Source: Bacillota bacterium
GTDB lineage: Bacteria; Bacillota; SHA-98; UBA4971
Length of the DNA stretch: 64,000 bases
Assembly: GCA_035593725.1 (NCBI GenBank)
Contig: DAOSZN010000003.1
Coordinates: 16,096-80,095, forward strand
Direction: 5' to 3'
The notes beneath the pieces are model-generated. The model saw only the letters and a list, made by a program, of their open reading frames with translations, did not search any database and was not told the DNA's origin. The position numbers were made by a program, and so were the translations under genes. Shown piece after piece: positions 1 through 9,911 of the stretch (position 1 is its first letter; each line of letters opens with the position of its first letter).

Positions 1-87
1 CTGACAAAGAACGCAGACCTTCGTGGTCATAACCGTTCATATAACAGAATGTGTTTCGCCGGATTTTATGCAGATATTAACCTCTGA

Positions 88-510
88 TTAACCCAATAGA
101 TCAATAGTCTTCTCGACCAAAGCATCAATCTGGCGAGGCAATGGCTCTATCCTGGCACCTGCAATTTCCACCCCGCAACGAGTCATGGGAATCAGTATCT
201 TATGCGCCTTGCATGACGCTATAGCAGTTGCCATTTGGGGAGTCAGCTCACCAAGTATGGAGTTTGCAAGGATTATCCCCAAAGGCCCCAGAATAATGTC
301 TACAGTCTCAACTGTCCGCACAATAGCGTTCTCCCCTGTAGCCCCTTCATCAGCTCCTGCTTTAAGCATCGAGCTTGTCGCCAAGGCATTTGTCCCAAGA
401 GCTATTATCGTCACCTTCGCGGCTTGTTCAGAGCTGAGCTCCTTTCTCAGCCTTTCAATAATGCTCTTCCCGATTCCCCCACCCTGTCCGTCCACAACAG
501 CGATCTTCAA
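88..510 (-). CDS. Small DUF3842-like protein, N-terminus MKIAVVDGQGGGIGKSIIERL
   Basis: 140-aa ORF whose N-terminal glycine-rich motif resembles the DUF3842 family of Clostridia. Assignment is from memory of the family, not a search. Confidence 0.45.
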   Translation of the reverse strand: MKIAVVDGQGGGIGKSIIERLRKELSSEQAAKVTIIALGTNALATSSMLKAGADEGATGENAIVRTVETVDIILGPLGIILANSILGELTPQMATAIASCKAHKILIPMTRCGVEIAGARIEPLPRQIDALVEKTIDLLG

Positions 511-857
511 ATTAGGCCTCCTATGCGGTTCGGAAGTCGCCCCTTCATGAGGTCGTCATTTTTGCCATTTACTTTAGTTCTCGTTTAAATCACAGATCCC
601 TTCTTTAAATGATTAGCGTCTGTTCCGGGAAGGCCTTCTATCAGCCCCTGCATTCGCTCCCACATGTAACCATGCCGCACGAAGCGCCGGGATCTTCGGC
701 AGCAATCTCTGGGACACAGCCCTTCGATTTCAAGCGGTGCCAGCCGCAGAATGCTAATGTGCCAGGTTTCGCCTACTGTGTCGAATCCATTAAAGGTTTT
801 GGTGATTACTTGTGGAATTGCTTGTCGAATATCTTGACATTATGGGTTTTATAGTCT

Positions 858-863
858 AAAGTA
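858..863 (+). promoter_or_regulatory. Putative sigma-70-type promoter for azlCD: -35 TTGACA at 835-840, -10 TAAAGT at 858-863
   Basis: TTGACA-17nt-TAAAGT about 55 nt upstream of the azlC TTG start, in the divergent intergenic region. Confidence 0.35.
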
Positions 864-915
864 TTTTTTTATCAGACAGTAGTTACTACCTTAACTTAAT
901 GTGGGGGCCTCTTGA

Positions 916-1656
916 TTGAAATCAGCTATTGTTTCAAGAAGTGACAACGCTTATTCGCACCAACTTGATGATTTTAGCTACGGGCTGAAACAAGGTATTC
1001 CCATTGCACTAGGTTATATTCCCGTCTCCTTTACTTTCGGTCTTATGGCCGTAAGCGGCGGTATTCCCGGCTGGATCGCTATTCTCATTTCATTGACTAA
1101 CCTGACCTCTGCAGGGCAATTCGCAGGGACAAGCCTTATTATTTCCGGCAAGTCTCTTCTTGAAATTACATTAACTACCTTTGTGATTAATATCAGGTAC
1201 ATATTAATGTCTCTTTCTCTTTCGCAAAGAATTGCTCCTGAAACCTCGTTACTTGAAAGATGTATTATGTCTTTCGGTATTACCGATGAGACATTTGCCG
1301 TCGCCTCACTGGAAAGACGGGACATTTCTTTCGCGTATATGCTGGGTCTTATCTTCTGTCCTTACCTAGGATGGGCATTAGGGACAGCAATGGGCTCTGC
1401 TATCTGTTCCGTTCTTCCTGCCGGAATACAGAATTCCATGGGTATTGCTTTATATGCAATGTTTATTGCTTTAATCGTTCCGAGTTCCAAAAAATCCGGA
1501 GCCAATATGATCATAGCTCTCGTCGCAATTGCTATCAGTTCTCTGTTTACTTGGGCTCCCTTTCTTAAGCAGATTTCAGCCGGATGGAGCATTATTATTG
1601 CAACCATTGCCGCTTGCTTCATTGGGGCAATCCTTTTCCCCAGGGAGGATCTTTAG
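916..1656 (+). CDS. azlC: AzlC-family branched-chain amino acid exporter, large subunit
   Basis: 246-aa polytopic membrane protein with TTG start. The N-terminal GIPIALGYIPVSFTFGL motif is typical of AzlC. It is followed directly by an azlD-like gene. Confidence 0.8.
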   Translation: MKSAIVSRSDNAYSHQLDDFSYGLKQGIPIALGYIPVSFTFGLMAVSGGIPGWIAILISLTNLTSAGQFAGTSLIISGKSLLEITLTTFVINIRYILMSLSLSQRIAPETSLLERCIMSFGITDETFAVASLERRDISFAYMLGLIFCPYLGWALGTAMGSAICSVLPAGIQNSMGIALYAMFIALIVPSSKKSGANMIIALVAIAISSLFTWAPFLKQISAGWSIIIATIAACFIGAILFPREDL

Positions 1657-1657
1657 A

Positions 1658-1963
1658 ATGCAAAAAACAATCATCGCAGTAATACTAATGGCAGCTGTTA
1701 CATATATTCCCCGGGTGTTGCCGATGATCTTTGTCAAAGAACGGTTAAAATCCCGCTTTTTACGTTCTTTTTTGTATTATGTACCGTTTGCTGCCTTAGG
1801 AGCTATGACTTTTCCGGCAATACTATACTCTACAGGAGACATGGCTTCAGCCGTAATCGGAATGGCAGTCGCGCTTATTTTGGCTCTCTTTGAAAGAGGA
1901 TTATTGGAAGTCGCTGTAGGCTCAATTGTGACTGTCTATCTTATACAGCTATTTGTGCACTAA
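1658..1963 (+). CDS. azlD: AzlD-family branched-chain amino acid transport protein, small subunit
   Basis: About 101 aa, hydrophobic. ATG at 1658 lies 9 nt after GGAGG and overlaps the azlC stop. The ORF track's longer 1529 start is out of context. The AzlC/AzlD pair is canonical. Confidence 0.75.
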   Translation: MQKTIIAVILMAAVTYIPRVLPMIFVKERLKSRFLRSFLYYVPFAALGAMTFPAILYSTGDMASAVIGMAVALILALFERGLLEVAVGSIVTVYLIQLFVH

Positions 1964-2050
1964 AAGGCGATGGTAAACCCGGACATTGAGCCTGATTCCG
2001 ACCACCGTTTCCCCCACAAGCGAGTGACAAGCAGGTGGCCTTTCTAACTC

Positions 2051-2079
2051 TTGAACGCTCCTGTAAGTTATGCTAATAT
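2051..2079 (+). promoter_or_regulatory. Putative promoter: TTGAAC-17nt-TAATAT, about 75 nt upstream of tRNA-Arg
   Basis: Near-consensus -35/-10 with 17-nt spacing, read directly from the sequence. Confidence 0.4.
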
Positions 2080-2153
2080 AGCAAATGGGAAGTAGCTTAG
2101 AAATGAGAAGCCATTCTGCACAAAACAGAGTTTTTGTTGACGGTTTTTTTTGT

Positions 2154-2230
2154 GCGCCCGTAGCTCAGTGGATTAGAGCGTCTGACTACGGATCAGAAGG
2201 CCGCAGGTTCGAATCCTGCCGGGCGCGCCA
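2154..2230 (+). tRNA. tRNA-Arg, anticodon ACG
   Basis: Cloverleaf folded by hand. Acceptor GCGCCCG/CGGGCGC, D-arm GCTC-AGTGGATTA-GAGC, anticodon stem TCTGA/TCAGA with loop CTACGGA, T-arm GCAGG-TTCGAAT-CCTGC, and an encoded CCA. Confidence 0.9.
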
Positions 2231-2240
2231 TTTCTTATAT

Positions 2241-2275
2241 GGGGTTTTGCCATGCGGCAAAATCCTAATTTTTTT
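2241..2275 (+). terminator. Intrinsic terminator after tRNA-Arg
   Basis: Hairpin TTTTGCC-ATGC-GGCAAAA followed by TCCTAATTTTTTT. Confidence 0.55.
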
Positions 2276-2467
2276 GGCTTGTCTTCCGTTGATGACCTGT
2301 TAATATAGAGGCTTCGTTTTCCCCTGGCCTGAAATCCGAAAAACGCGGAGTTACTGGGCATGATATCGTGAAGGATGGAGGGCGACATTGCTAAAGCGAG
2401 ACATTTCAGGTATATTCTATGAGCGGACTCGTATGCTAAACTTCATGTAGAAAAGGGATGTTGAAAA

Positions 2468-3643
2468 GTGACAAGATTACCTGAGTACATAGGGGTGTCG
2501 GCGTTTGGAATCAAGATAGGAGTGGTCGTCCCGGGATCCGATATAGTCCGGATGACCTATGACGCGCTGGCCAAGTGTCACGATGACGGCCTTCTGGCAT
2601 CAGGGGATACTGTGTGCATCACAGAGTCAGTAGTGGCAAGGGCACAGGACAATTATGTCACTATCGACGATATCGCTGAAGAAGCGCGCAAGCAATTGAA
2701 AATCGGGCCCTCTGCGAAACTGGGAGTTCTATTCCCAATCTTGAGCCGTAATAGGTTTTGGCTGGTGCTTAAAGGCCTTGCCAAAGCCGTCCCTGAAGGT
2801 GAAGTTATAGTTCAGTTGTCATATCCCACCGACGAAGTTGGTAACCCTATTCTGCGGCAAGATCTCGCAAAGAAGCTGGGAAAAAACGACAGAGATATCA
2901 TAACTTTAGAGGAAGCGGGTACAAATAGGCTCAGGCACCCTATAACTCAAGTTGACTACGTTGATCTTTACACTAATACCATTACCGAGCAAGGGGCAAA
3001 AGCCACCATATATTTCTCCAATGATCCTCTGAGAATTGCTGAAGCCAAGACTGATGCAGTTGTTGTAGCAAATGTCCATAACCGTGAAGAGACAAAGGCT
3101 ATCCTTGCGCCGGTTGTAGATAAGTGCATAACTCTTCAAGACATGTGCAATACACCTCCGGGTGCTTGGTCTGAGTGGGGGCTTCTCGGAAGCAACATGT
3201 CCTCCGGGGACAGGCTGAAACTCGCTCCGCGCAATTCAGATAAAGTGGCTAAAGATGTACAAGCAAAGGTCGCCAAGAACCTGGGAGTAGACATAGAAGT
3301 ATTAATCTTCGGGGACGGGGCTTATCGCGATCCGTCAACCGGAATCTATGAACTGGCTGACCCAAAACCTACCTTCGGCATGACACCGGGTCTCGCAGGC
3401 AGATACCGCGAAGGACTGAAATACAAGTACATCGTTGACGAAATGTGGTACCAAGGCACCGGAATCTCTGACATAGAAAACACGCTGAGAACTAAGGCGA
3501 ATGAACCGATAGACAGGCAAGCGGCCGCCACCGAAGGCACTACTCCCAGAAGAATTGAAGACGTCATTGCAAGCCTGGCTGACCTGGTCAGCGGTTCGGC
3601 AGACGCAGGCACGCCTATAGTGCTTGTAAAAGGAATTGCATGA
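2468..3643 (+). CDS. CofE-like protein of the F420-0:gamma-glutamyl ligase family, long form
   Basis: 391 aa with GTG start. N-terminus GIKIGVVVPGSDI…DGDTVCITESVVARAQD and C-terminus …GTPIVLVKG resemble the CofE/FbiB ligase fold. An inserted middle segment makes it longer than canonical CofE. Confidence 0.45.
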   Translation: MTRLPEYIGVSAFGIKIGVVVPGSDIVRMTYDALAKCHDDGLLASGDTVCITESVVARAQDNYVTIDDIAEEARKQLKIGPSAKLGVLFPILSRNRFWLVLKGLAKAVPEGEVIVQLSYPTDEVGNPILRQDLAKKLGKNDRDIITLEEAGTNRLRHPITQVDYVDLYTNTITEQGAKATIYFSNDPLRIAEAKTDAVVVANVHNREETKAILAPVVDKCITLQDMCNTPPGAWSEWGLLGSNMSSGDRLKLAPRNSDKVAKDVQAKVAKNLGVDIEVLIFGDGAYRDPSTGIYELADPKPTFGMTPGLAGRYREGLKYKYIVDEMWYQGTGISDIENTLRTKANEPIDRQAAATEGTTPRRIEDVIASLADLVSGSADAGTPIVLVKGIA

Positions 3644-3660
3644 CGCGTTCCATAACCCTT

Positions 3661-3696
3661 CTACCAGCCCTCCGGCAAGGGCTGGTTTTTTCTTTC
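3661..3696 (+). terminator. Intrinsic terminator after the CofE-like gene
   Basis: CCAGCCCT-CCGGCA-AGGGCTGG followed by TTTTTTCTTTC. Confidence 0.6.
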
Positions 3697-3830
3697 AAGT
3701 CTGCCCCGAAGCGGTAAGAAAGGATTGAAGGGGCAATGGGGAATCCCCTTGATACCCCATGTGACAGTGTTATGTGGTATAGTTCGCCACAAGGTTGATC
3801 CTCTCTTCGGTATTCCATATGCTTTACATA

Positions 3831-3854
3831 TATACCCTACCATGGTATTGTATA
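3831..3854 (+). promoter_or_regulatory. Putative CsoR operator, inverted repeat ATACC-N7-GGTAT
   Basis: TATACCCTACCATGGTATTGTATA sits about 50 nt upstream of the csoR start. It matches the GC-rich ATACCC…GGGTAT-type dyads bound by CsoR-family repressors. A second partial dyad lies at 3751-3780. Confidence 0.45.
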
Positions 3855-3904
3855 TATCGGATAATCATTGTGCTTTTCCAAGATATAAAGGAGGCCTATG
3901 AAAA

Positions 3905-4174
3905 GTGTACAAGGAGCGTAACAAGGACGATCTGAAGAAGCGTCTCGCCCGAATTGAGGGGCAGATCAGGGGGATCAATCGGATGATCGATGAAGACAGG
4001 TATTGCATTGACATATTGAACCAAATAGCCGCTGCAAGAGCTGCTCTCAGTAAAGTAGGAATGCTTCTCTTAAAATCGCATATGCGAGGATGTGTGACTT
4101 CCGCGATAAAGGAAGAACGCAGTGAACAAGCTATAGACGAACTCATGGATGTCCTCACGAAATTCGTGCGATAA
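3905..4174 (+). CDS. csoR: CsoR-family copper-sensing transcriptional repressor
   Basis: 89 aa. [26 protein letters not shown]…HMRGC carries the conserved metal ligands Cys…His…Cys. GTG at 3905 is 10 nt after AAAGGAGG. The gene lies directly upstream of copA. Confidence 0.85.
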   Translation: MYKERNKDDLKKRLARIEGQIRGINRMIDEDRYCIDILNQIAAARAALSKVGMLLLKSHMRGCVTSAIKEERSEQAIDELMDVLTKFVR

Positions 4175-4190
4175 CTCAGAGGGTGTAGTT

Positions 4191-6464
4191 ATGCGCCAGA
4201 ACACTGATAAACACGGAAGAGAGGAGAAAATCAATGAGCTGGGTTACGGTGTGGCATTGGACAAGTTAGAGCTTGTCGTCAGCGGCATGCATTGCGCATC
4301 ATGTGTCCACCGTGTTGAGAAGGCTCTTGAAAACACTCCAGGCGTTACCGGTGCAACCGTAAACCTTGCAACCGGCCGAGCTACAATCACTTATGCCCCC
4401 CATAGCACGTCAATCTCTCAAATAATGCAGACTATAAAGGATGCAGGATATGAAGCAGAAGAAGTAGAGCGGGCCGAAAACCGAAGAAGTGAAAGAGCCA
4501 AGATGGAGAGTAGACGCAAGAAAGAGACGACAAGTCACTTTGCAAGCTTCCTCATCTCTGCCATATTTTCGCTTCCCCTTATATCGCTGATGCTCTCTCA
4601 CTTGTTCGGGATAAATCTCCCAGCCTGGTTGAAGAGCCCGTACTTCCAGTTTGTCATAGCTACGCCTGTCCAGTTCTGCGCAGGAATGCAATTTTACCGA
4701 GGGGCGATCTCTGCGTTACGCGCTGGAACGGCCACTATGGACACACTTATAACCATCGGCACCACTGCAGCCTACGCATTCAGCGTATATCACACCTTCG
4801 TCTCCCCGGGTGATGTATATTACGAGTCATCTGCTGTCATCATCACCCTGGTCCTCTTAGGTCGCTATTTGGAAGCCAGGGCGAAAGGCAAAACAGGGGA
4901 AGCCATCAGAAAACTGATGCAACTTGCCCCTCAAAAGACCCACGTCATTCGAGAGGGAACTGAAATCCAAGTGGACACTGAAGAAGTCGTCCAAGGGGAC
5001 ATTGTCGTAGTAAGACCCGGAGAGCGCATACCTGTCGACGGCATAGTAATCGAAGGCATGTCCATAGTGGATGAATCCATGTTGACAGGTGAGAGCATAC
5101 CGGTGGAAAAAGCGCAAGGCGCTCAAGTTATTGCAGGCACCATCAATAAACACGGCGCTTTCAAGCTCCGGGCGACAAAGGTCGGGCAAGACACGGTTCT
5201 TGCTCAGATAGTTGAGATGGTTCGGGAAGCGCAAGGGTCAAAAGCCCCGATACAGCGTTTAGCTGACCAAGTAGCCGGCTATTTCGTCCCTGCTGTACTC
5301 ATGATAGCACTGGTCACTCTCATTATATGGCTTCTTGTTACAGGAGATCCCGGACAGGCAGTTCTTGCCTTTACCTCAGTCCTCGTAATCGCTTGTCCCT
5401 GCTCTCTCGGCCTTGCCACTCCTACAGCTATCATGGTAGGAACCGGAAGAGGCGCTGAGTCAGGCATTCTGATAAAAGGGGCGGAGCACTTGGAAAGAGC
5501 TCATAAAATAGATACCGTTGTCCTGGACAAAACCGGAACAATCACGAAAGGCGAACCTGCGGTTGTCAGTGTAGTGCTAGTCAATACATCAGACGATAAA
5601 GAAGAGGCAATCCGCGAAATGATAAAGCTTGCAGCCTCAGCCGAGCTTCGTTCAGAACACCCGCTGGGAACAGCCATTATCAAACATGCCGAAACCCTCG
5701 GGTTGAAACTGACTGAACCCTCAGGTTTTCAAGCGATTCCCGGAAAAGGAGTGAAAGCCGAGGTGGAAGGCAAAGAAGTGCTGGTAGGCACTTACCGCCT
5801 AATGACTGATCAAGGAATAGACGAAGGGACAGTTGAAAGCAACCTGAGAATCCTTGAATCTCAAGGAAGAACTGCTATGATTGTTGCAGTGGACAGAAGA
5901 ATAGCAGGCATTATCGGTGTCGCAGACACTCTGAAGGAGACGTCGGGGAACGCCGTTATTGCACTGAAAGAACTTGGAATCGATGTTGTGATGCTAACCG
6001 GCGATAATCAGCGTACAGCCAATTTCATCGCAAACCTGGCAGGAATTGAAAAGGTTTTGGCAGAAGTTCTCCCGGAAGATAAAGCAAAGGAAATAGAGAG
6101 GCTCCGCAGCGAAGGAAGGGTAGTCGCCATGGTGGGAGACGGAATCAACGACGCCCCTGCCCTTGCTGCAGCAGACGTAGGCATCGCTATGGGCACAGGA
6201 ACTGACATCGCTATAGAAGCCTCTGATATCACCTTGGTTCGAGACGATCTCAGCCTTATTGCAGCTGCAATAAGGCTCAGCCGTCGCACTATGGCTATTA
6301 TCCGCCAAAATCTGTTTTGGGCGTTCATCTACAATATCATCGGAATACCTATAGCAGCCTTGGGCTTCTTATCCCCGGTTATTGCAGGCGCAGCCATGTC
6401 CTTTTCGTCAGTGTCCGTGGTTACGAATTCACTGAGACTACGCAATTTTAATCCAATGAGATAA
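4191..6464 (+). CDS. copA: Copper-translocating P1B-type ATPase
   Basis: N-terminal HMA domain [15 protein letters not shown], transmembrane CPC motif [11 protein letters not shown], phosphorylation site DKTGTIT, and [11 protein letters not shown] at 4191 with an AGAGGG RBS. The ORF-track start at 4149 overlaps csoR. Confidence 0.9.
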   Translation: MRQNTDKHGREEKINELGYGVALDKLELVVSGMHCASCVHRVEKALENTPGVTGATVNLATGRATITYAPHSTSISQIMQTIKDAGYEAEEVERAENRRSERAKMESRRKKETTSHFASFLISAIFSLPLISLMLSHLFGINLPAWLKSPYFQFVIATPVQFCAGMQFYRGAISALRAGTATMDTLITIGTTAAYAFSVYHTFVSPGDVYYESSAVIITLVLLGRYLEARAKGKTGEAIRKLMQLAPQKTHVIREGTEIQVDTEEVVQGDIVVVRPGERIPVDGIVIEGMSIVDESMLTGESIPVEKAQGAQVIAGTINKHGAFKLRATKVGQDTVLAQIVEMVREAQGSKAPIQRLADQVAGYFVPAVLMIALVTLIIWLLVTGDPGQAVLAFTSVLVIACPCSLGLATPTAIMVGTGRGAESGILIKGAEHLERAHKIDTVVLDKTGTITKGEPAVVSVVLVNTSDDKEEAIREMIKLAASAELRSEHPLGTAIIKHAETLGLKLTEPSGFQAIPGKGVKAEVEGKEVLVGTYRLMTDQGIDEGTVESNLRILESQGRTAMIVAVDRRIAGIIGVADTLKETSGNAVIALKELGIDVVMLTGDNQRTANFIANLAGIEKVLAEVLPEDKAKEIERLRSEGRVVAMVGDGINDAPALAAADVGIAMGTGTDIAIEASDITLVRDDLSLIAAAIRLSRRTMAIIRQNLFWAFIYNIIGIPIAALGFLSPVIAGAAMSFSSVSVVTNSLRLRNFNPMR

Positions 6465-6499
6465 GCTGAGACAGAATAAGCGCAGGCGGAGGCATTATT

Positions 6500-7633
6500 G
6501 TGGTTTACTTGGCATGCAGTTACATACCGTATGAAATACCGCTGGCAGCAGGAATGTCTGCCGCAAGAGGCATATTTGAAGGACCCCTCTCAGCAATGGA
6601 GGGATATCTTCCGCGGGATTTCTGTCCTTACGCCAGAGCATTTATACGACAATACGGGGATAATGACGTGGTCGCCGTTGCTGAATCTTGCGATGCAATG
6701 CGCAGGGTCTACGACGTGTTGAAATATTGGAATCTTGCCAGATGTGCCTATTTTGTGGATGTCCCGCGCACCTATGACCCGGAGGCGGTTTCGTTTTATG
6801 CTGAAGAACTGAGAGGCTTTGCTTCCAAGCTTCTGGACTCGGTGCCCTTGCCCTGTGACTCATTCCCAGAAAGACTTGAGTTAGCCATAAAAGGCATGAA
6901 CAGGATTCGCAGGGAACTGTCAGGTGTCTTTGATTTGGTATCAGAAAGGCAGCTTTTAGCTACTAAAGCAACTCAACTTGCCATCAGTATCAATCAGCTC
7001 CTGGCTTGCTTTCCGTCTTTGCCGGATCCCTCTGACTCCGGGTTCAGCCCCAAGCACAGTTCAGCCTCTGGCATGTTTGATAATCTCATCGAGGAAATTA
7101 AAGAGCTGATAAATCAGGCGCTGTCTGAGCCTGCTCACCTCCGCCAAAGAAGAAGCGGAATTCCTGTTGGAGTCAGCGGAACCTGTTTGTTGGATTTATC
7201 ACTCATAGAGTGTATTGAAAATGCCGGTCTCGACGTGGTCTTTATTGATTCATGTCTGCCTTCAAGGACATACGCTTTTTATGTCGATAATGAGACCACC
7301 TCTGACCCCTTTTACGCGCTTGCTGAAGCCTACCTCCGTAAAATGCCCTGTCCACGAATGTTTCGGGGGAAAGAGCGGATTAGGCGCCTCCACGAACTTG
7401 CATCAGATTACGATGCTCAAGGGCTCATTTATTTTGCTCCCAAGTTTTGCGACCAAGCATACTACGATTTCATAGAGATAAAACACGGTCTTAAGTCACT
7501 GGGCAGTCTTCCTGTTCTTTTCCTTGAAGGTCAATACGGAGTGGGTAGGGCAGGACAGACTCTGACAAGAATAGCAGCGTTTCGGGAAATGCTTGAAGGC
7601 ACACAAATCCTGAAAGCAGGTAAGCAACAATGA
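6500..7633 (+). CDS. 2-hydroxyacyl-CoA dehydratase / benzoyl-CoA reductase family subunit (HgdB/BcrB/BadE-like)
   Basis: 377 aa. The N-terminus MVYLACSYIPYEIPLAAGM is typical of this family. GTG start is 8 nt after GGAGG. Its stop overlaps the start of the next subunit. Confidence 0.65.
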   Translation: MVYLACSYIPYEIPLAAGMSAARGIFEGPLSAMEGYLPRDFCPYARAFIRQYGDNDVVAVAESCDAMRRVYDVLKYWNLARCAYFVDVPRTYDPEAVSFYAEELRGFASKLLDSVPLPCDSFPERLELAIKGMNRIRRELSGVFDLVSERQLLATKATQLAISINQLLACFPSLPDPSDSGFSPKHSSASGMFDNLIEEIKELINQALSEPAHLRQRRSGIPVGVSGTCLLDLSLIECIENAGLDVVFIDSCLPSRTYAFYVDNETTSDPFYALAEAYLRKMPCPRMFRGKERIRRLHELASDYDAQGLIYFAPKFCDQAYYDFIEIKHGLKSLGSLPVLFLEGQYGVGRAGQTLTRIAAFREMLEGTQILKAGKQQ

Positions 7634-8943
7634 CGCCGGGAGGAATCAAGACAAGAAAATCACATGGGGAAATAGCCGGAGAGACCCGACGCATCAGGAT
7701 TATCCAGGCCCTTTCACGAAAAAACTGGGTCCATAACGTGGCTGAACTGGTGATTAATCGTATGGAAAGGCAAGGATGGAAGCCCTATCAGATTGATGCA
7801 ATCCGGTGTTTTGCAGACGACTTCCGTCATGGGTACCTCAAAGAGAAGCCTTGTATCTTCACCAGCGCGTTTGTCCCGAATGAACTCATCTACGGCCTGG
7901 GAGGGGTGCCTTTCCTCCCTGAGGCTGCTTCCGGATTCGCTGCAAGTTTCGGATTTGCCTTAGAAAGTCTCACAGCATGTGAATCCCTTTGGTATTCACC
8001 GGATCTTTGCAGTTTTCACAGGGCCGGGGTAGGAGCTTCAGTTCTTAAGCTTGCTCCAAAGCCTGCTGCTGTAGTCGTATCGTCCCAGCTTTGCGACGGA
8101 GGTAAGCGATCTTTATTTCAGATAAGTCAGTATCACGATTGCCCTTTCTACATACTGGATGTGCCTTATACACATTCTGCTTTGGCACTGGACAGGTTGG
8201 CAAAACAGATAGAGGAAGCTGCCATAGGATTGGAGCGTGACGTGCCGGACTTGTCCAGAGGACATATAGATAAAGCTTTCGCGAACTCAAATGTTGCCCG
8301 CAATTGCTATCTTGATCTATGTAAGCTACGGACAAACACGCCGTCGCCATGGCGCGGTTCAGAAGCGTTGAACTATGTGGTACTGTTTCTCTGGGCTTGG
8401 GGAAGTCCATGGCTTGCCAAGTTTTATCAATCTCTTCGAGACCACGCCGAAGACATAATAAAATCAGGGGATTATCCCGTTCCCAATGAGCAATTCAGGC
8501 TCGCTTGGCTCAACTTAAGGCCGTACTACAGTCCAAAACTGTTTAACTACCTCGAAGATACGCATCAAGTCTCTGTCGCTTTTGAAGAATTCAGCTATAT
8601 GTACTGGGACCCGCTGGATGCCGGTGACCCGTACATGAGTCTGGCCAAGAAGATCATGGCAAATCCCGGATGGGGGCCGATAGAGCGTCGGCTTGACGTA
8701 ATCGACAAAATAGTCCGGGAGTTCTCTATCGACGGCGTAGTGCAGTTCGCCCAATGGGGATGCAGGCAATATAACGGCGCTGCCTCTATACTTTCAGATT
8801 ATCTAAGAAAAAAAGGAGTCCCTTTCCTGAATCTCGACGGGGACGGAGTGGATGTCAGGAACAGCGGCGAGGCGCAGTCTATAACCAGGCTTGGGGCTTT
8901 CCAGGAGCTTCTGGAGTCGCAAAAGATCAAAAACTCGAGGTGA
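7630..8943 (+). CDS. 2-hydroxyacyl-CoA dehydratase family subunit (HgdA/BcrC/BadD-like)
   Basis: 437 aa, translationally coupled by an ATGA overlap. Cys-containing motifs are consistent with the D-component of atypical dehydratases. Confidence 0.6.
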   Translation: MTPGGIKTRKSHGEIAGETRRIRIIQALSRKNWVHNVAELVINRMERQGWKPYQIDAIRCFADDFRHGYLKEKPCIFTSAFVPNELIYGLGGVPFLPEAASGFAASFGFALESLTACESLWYSPDLCSFHRAGVGASVLKLAPKPAAVVVSSQLCDGGKRSLFQISQYHDCPFYILDVPYTHSALALDRLAKQIEEAAIGLERDVPDLSRGHIDKAFANSNVARNCYLDLCKLRTNTPSPWRGSEALNYVVLFLWAWGSPWLAKFYQSLRDHAEDIIKSGDYPVPNEQFRLAWLNLRPYYSPKLFNYLEDTHQVSVAFEEFSYMYWDPLDAGDPYMSLAKKIMANPGWGPIERRLDVIDKIVREFSIDGVVQFAQWGCRQYNGAASILSDYLRKKGVPFLNLDGDGVDVRNSGEAQSITRLGAFQELLESQKIKNSR

Positions 8944-8952
8944 GATAGGAGA

Positions 8953-9765
8953 TTGAGAGCTGACTCATATGTAGTTGGAATTGACGTAGGGTCCTCTGCA
9001 ACCAAGGGAGTCCTCCTTCTGGACGGACAACTCGTGTCAACTTTCATGCTTCCCACAGGAACGGATCTAAATGCCACAGCCGGAGAATGCATAGAGCATC
9101 TGCTTCAAAGCGAAGGATTGACTGAAAAGGACCTTATGTACATAGTGTCAACAGGTTATGGGCGGGCCCAAGTCGAAGCTGCTGACAGAACAATCACGGA
9201 AATCACGTGTCACGGCAGAGGAGCGAAGGCCTTAGCCCCCCGGGCCGGACTTGTGATAGATATCGGAGGCCAAGACTCAAAAGTCATTCGCCTTGATGAA
9301 GACGGGATGGTAGCGGATTTCGTGATGAACGACAAATGCGCTGCAGGAACAGGAAGGTTCCTTGAGGTAATGGCAGACCGATTAGAAACGTCTCTCATGG
9401 ACTTCGGGCGTATGTGGAGAGCAGCGAAGAAACCGGCACAGATATCAAGCACTTGTACAGTATTCGCTGAATCCGAGGTAATCAGTCTTTTGTCCGGAGG
9501 CATGGCGCCTTGTGCAATAATCCGCGGCTTGTGCGATGCAGTAGCCGACCGGCTGCTTGGGATGGTTCACAGAGTGGGACTCGCACCTGATGTCGTTATG
9601 ACCGGCGGGGTCAGCAAGAATGCAGGCGTTAGGCTTTCTCTCGAGAAGAAGCTGGCACTTAAGGTGACAGTGCCTGACCTGTCACAGTTCGCAGGGGCAT
9701 ACGGTGGAGCAATAATCGGATATGAACTGGCGAGGCGGGAGTATGCGCAGGGCGGCTTGCGGTAG
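8953..9765 (+). CDS. CoA-substrate-specific enzyme activase (BadF/BadG/BcrA/BcrD/HgdC ATPase family)
   Basis: 270 aa. VVGIDVGSSATKGVLL is an ASKHA-fold phosphate-1 motif, followed by DIGGQDSKVI…NDKCAAGTGRFLE. TTG start is 7 nt after AGGAG. Confidence 0.8.
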   Translation: MRADSYVVGIDVGSSATKGVLLLDGQLVSTFMLPTGTDLNATAGECIEHLLQSEGLTEKDLMYIVSTGYGRAQVEAADRTITEITCHGRGAKALAPRAGLVIDIGGQDSKVIRLDEDGMVADFVMNDKCAAGTGRFLEVMADRLETSLMDFGRMWRAAKKPAQISSTCTVFAESEVISLLSGGMAPCAIIRGLCDAVADRLLGMVHRVGLAPDVVMTGGVSKNAGVRLSLEKKLALKVTVPDLSQFAGAYGGAIIGYELARREYAQGGLR

Positions 9766-9825
9766 GAAACCGGCAGTAAGCGCTCAAGGAACAAAAGATG
9801 AAGCCGGAAAACCGGGGCATGAAAA

Positions 9826-9858
9826 CGCTCTGCTTCATTTGGACGAAGCAGAGCGTCC
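9826..9858. terminator. Bidirectional hairpin between convergent genes
   Basis: GCTCTGCTTC-ATTTGGAC-GAAGCAGAGC, a perfect 10-bp stem with a weak U tract on each side. Confidence 0.4.
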
Positions 9859-9911
9859 TTCCAATAATACGCCCACACAATATGTGCGTCTTGTCTATAC
9901 CGTCCATAGGC

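Noticed and set aside
185-588. Plus-strand ORFs of 121 and 117 aa overlapping the DUF3842 gene
   Set aside because: They are antisense to a better-supported gene. They are low-complexity, with no RBS and no family resemblance.
4410-6328. Several minus-strand ORFs of 60-125 aa inside copA
   Set aside because: They are antisense shadows of a clearly conserved P-type ATPase, with Ser/Arg/Ala-rich composition.
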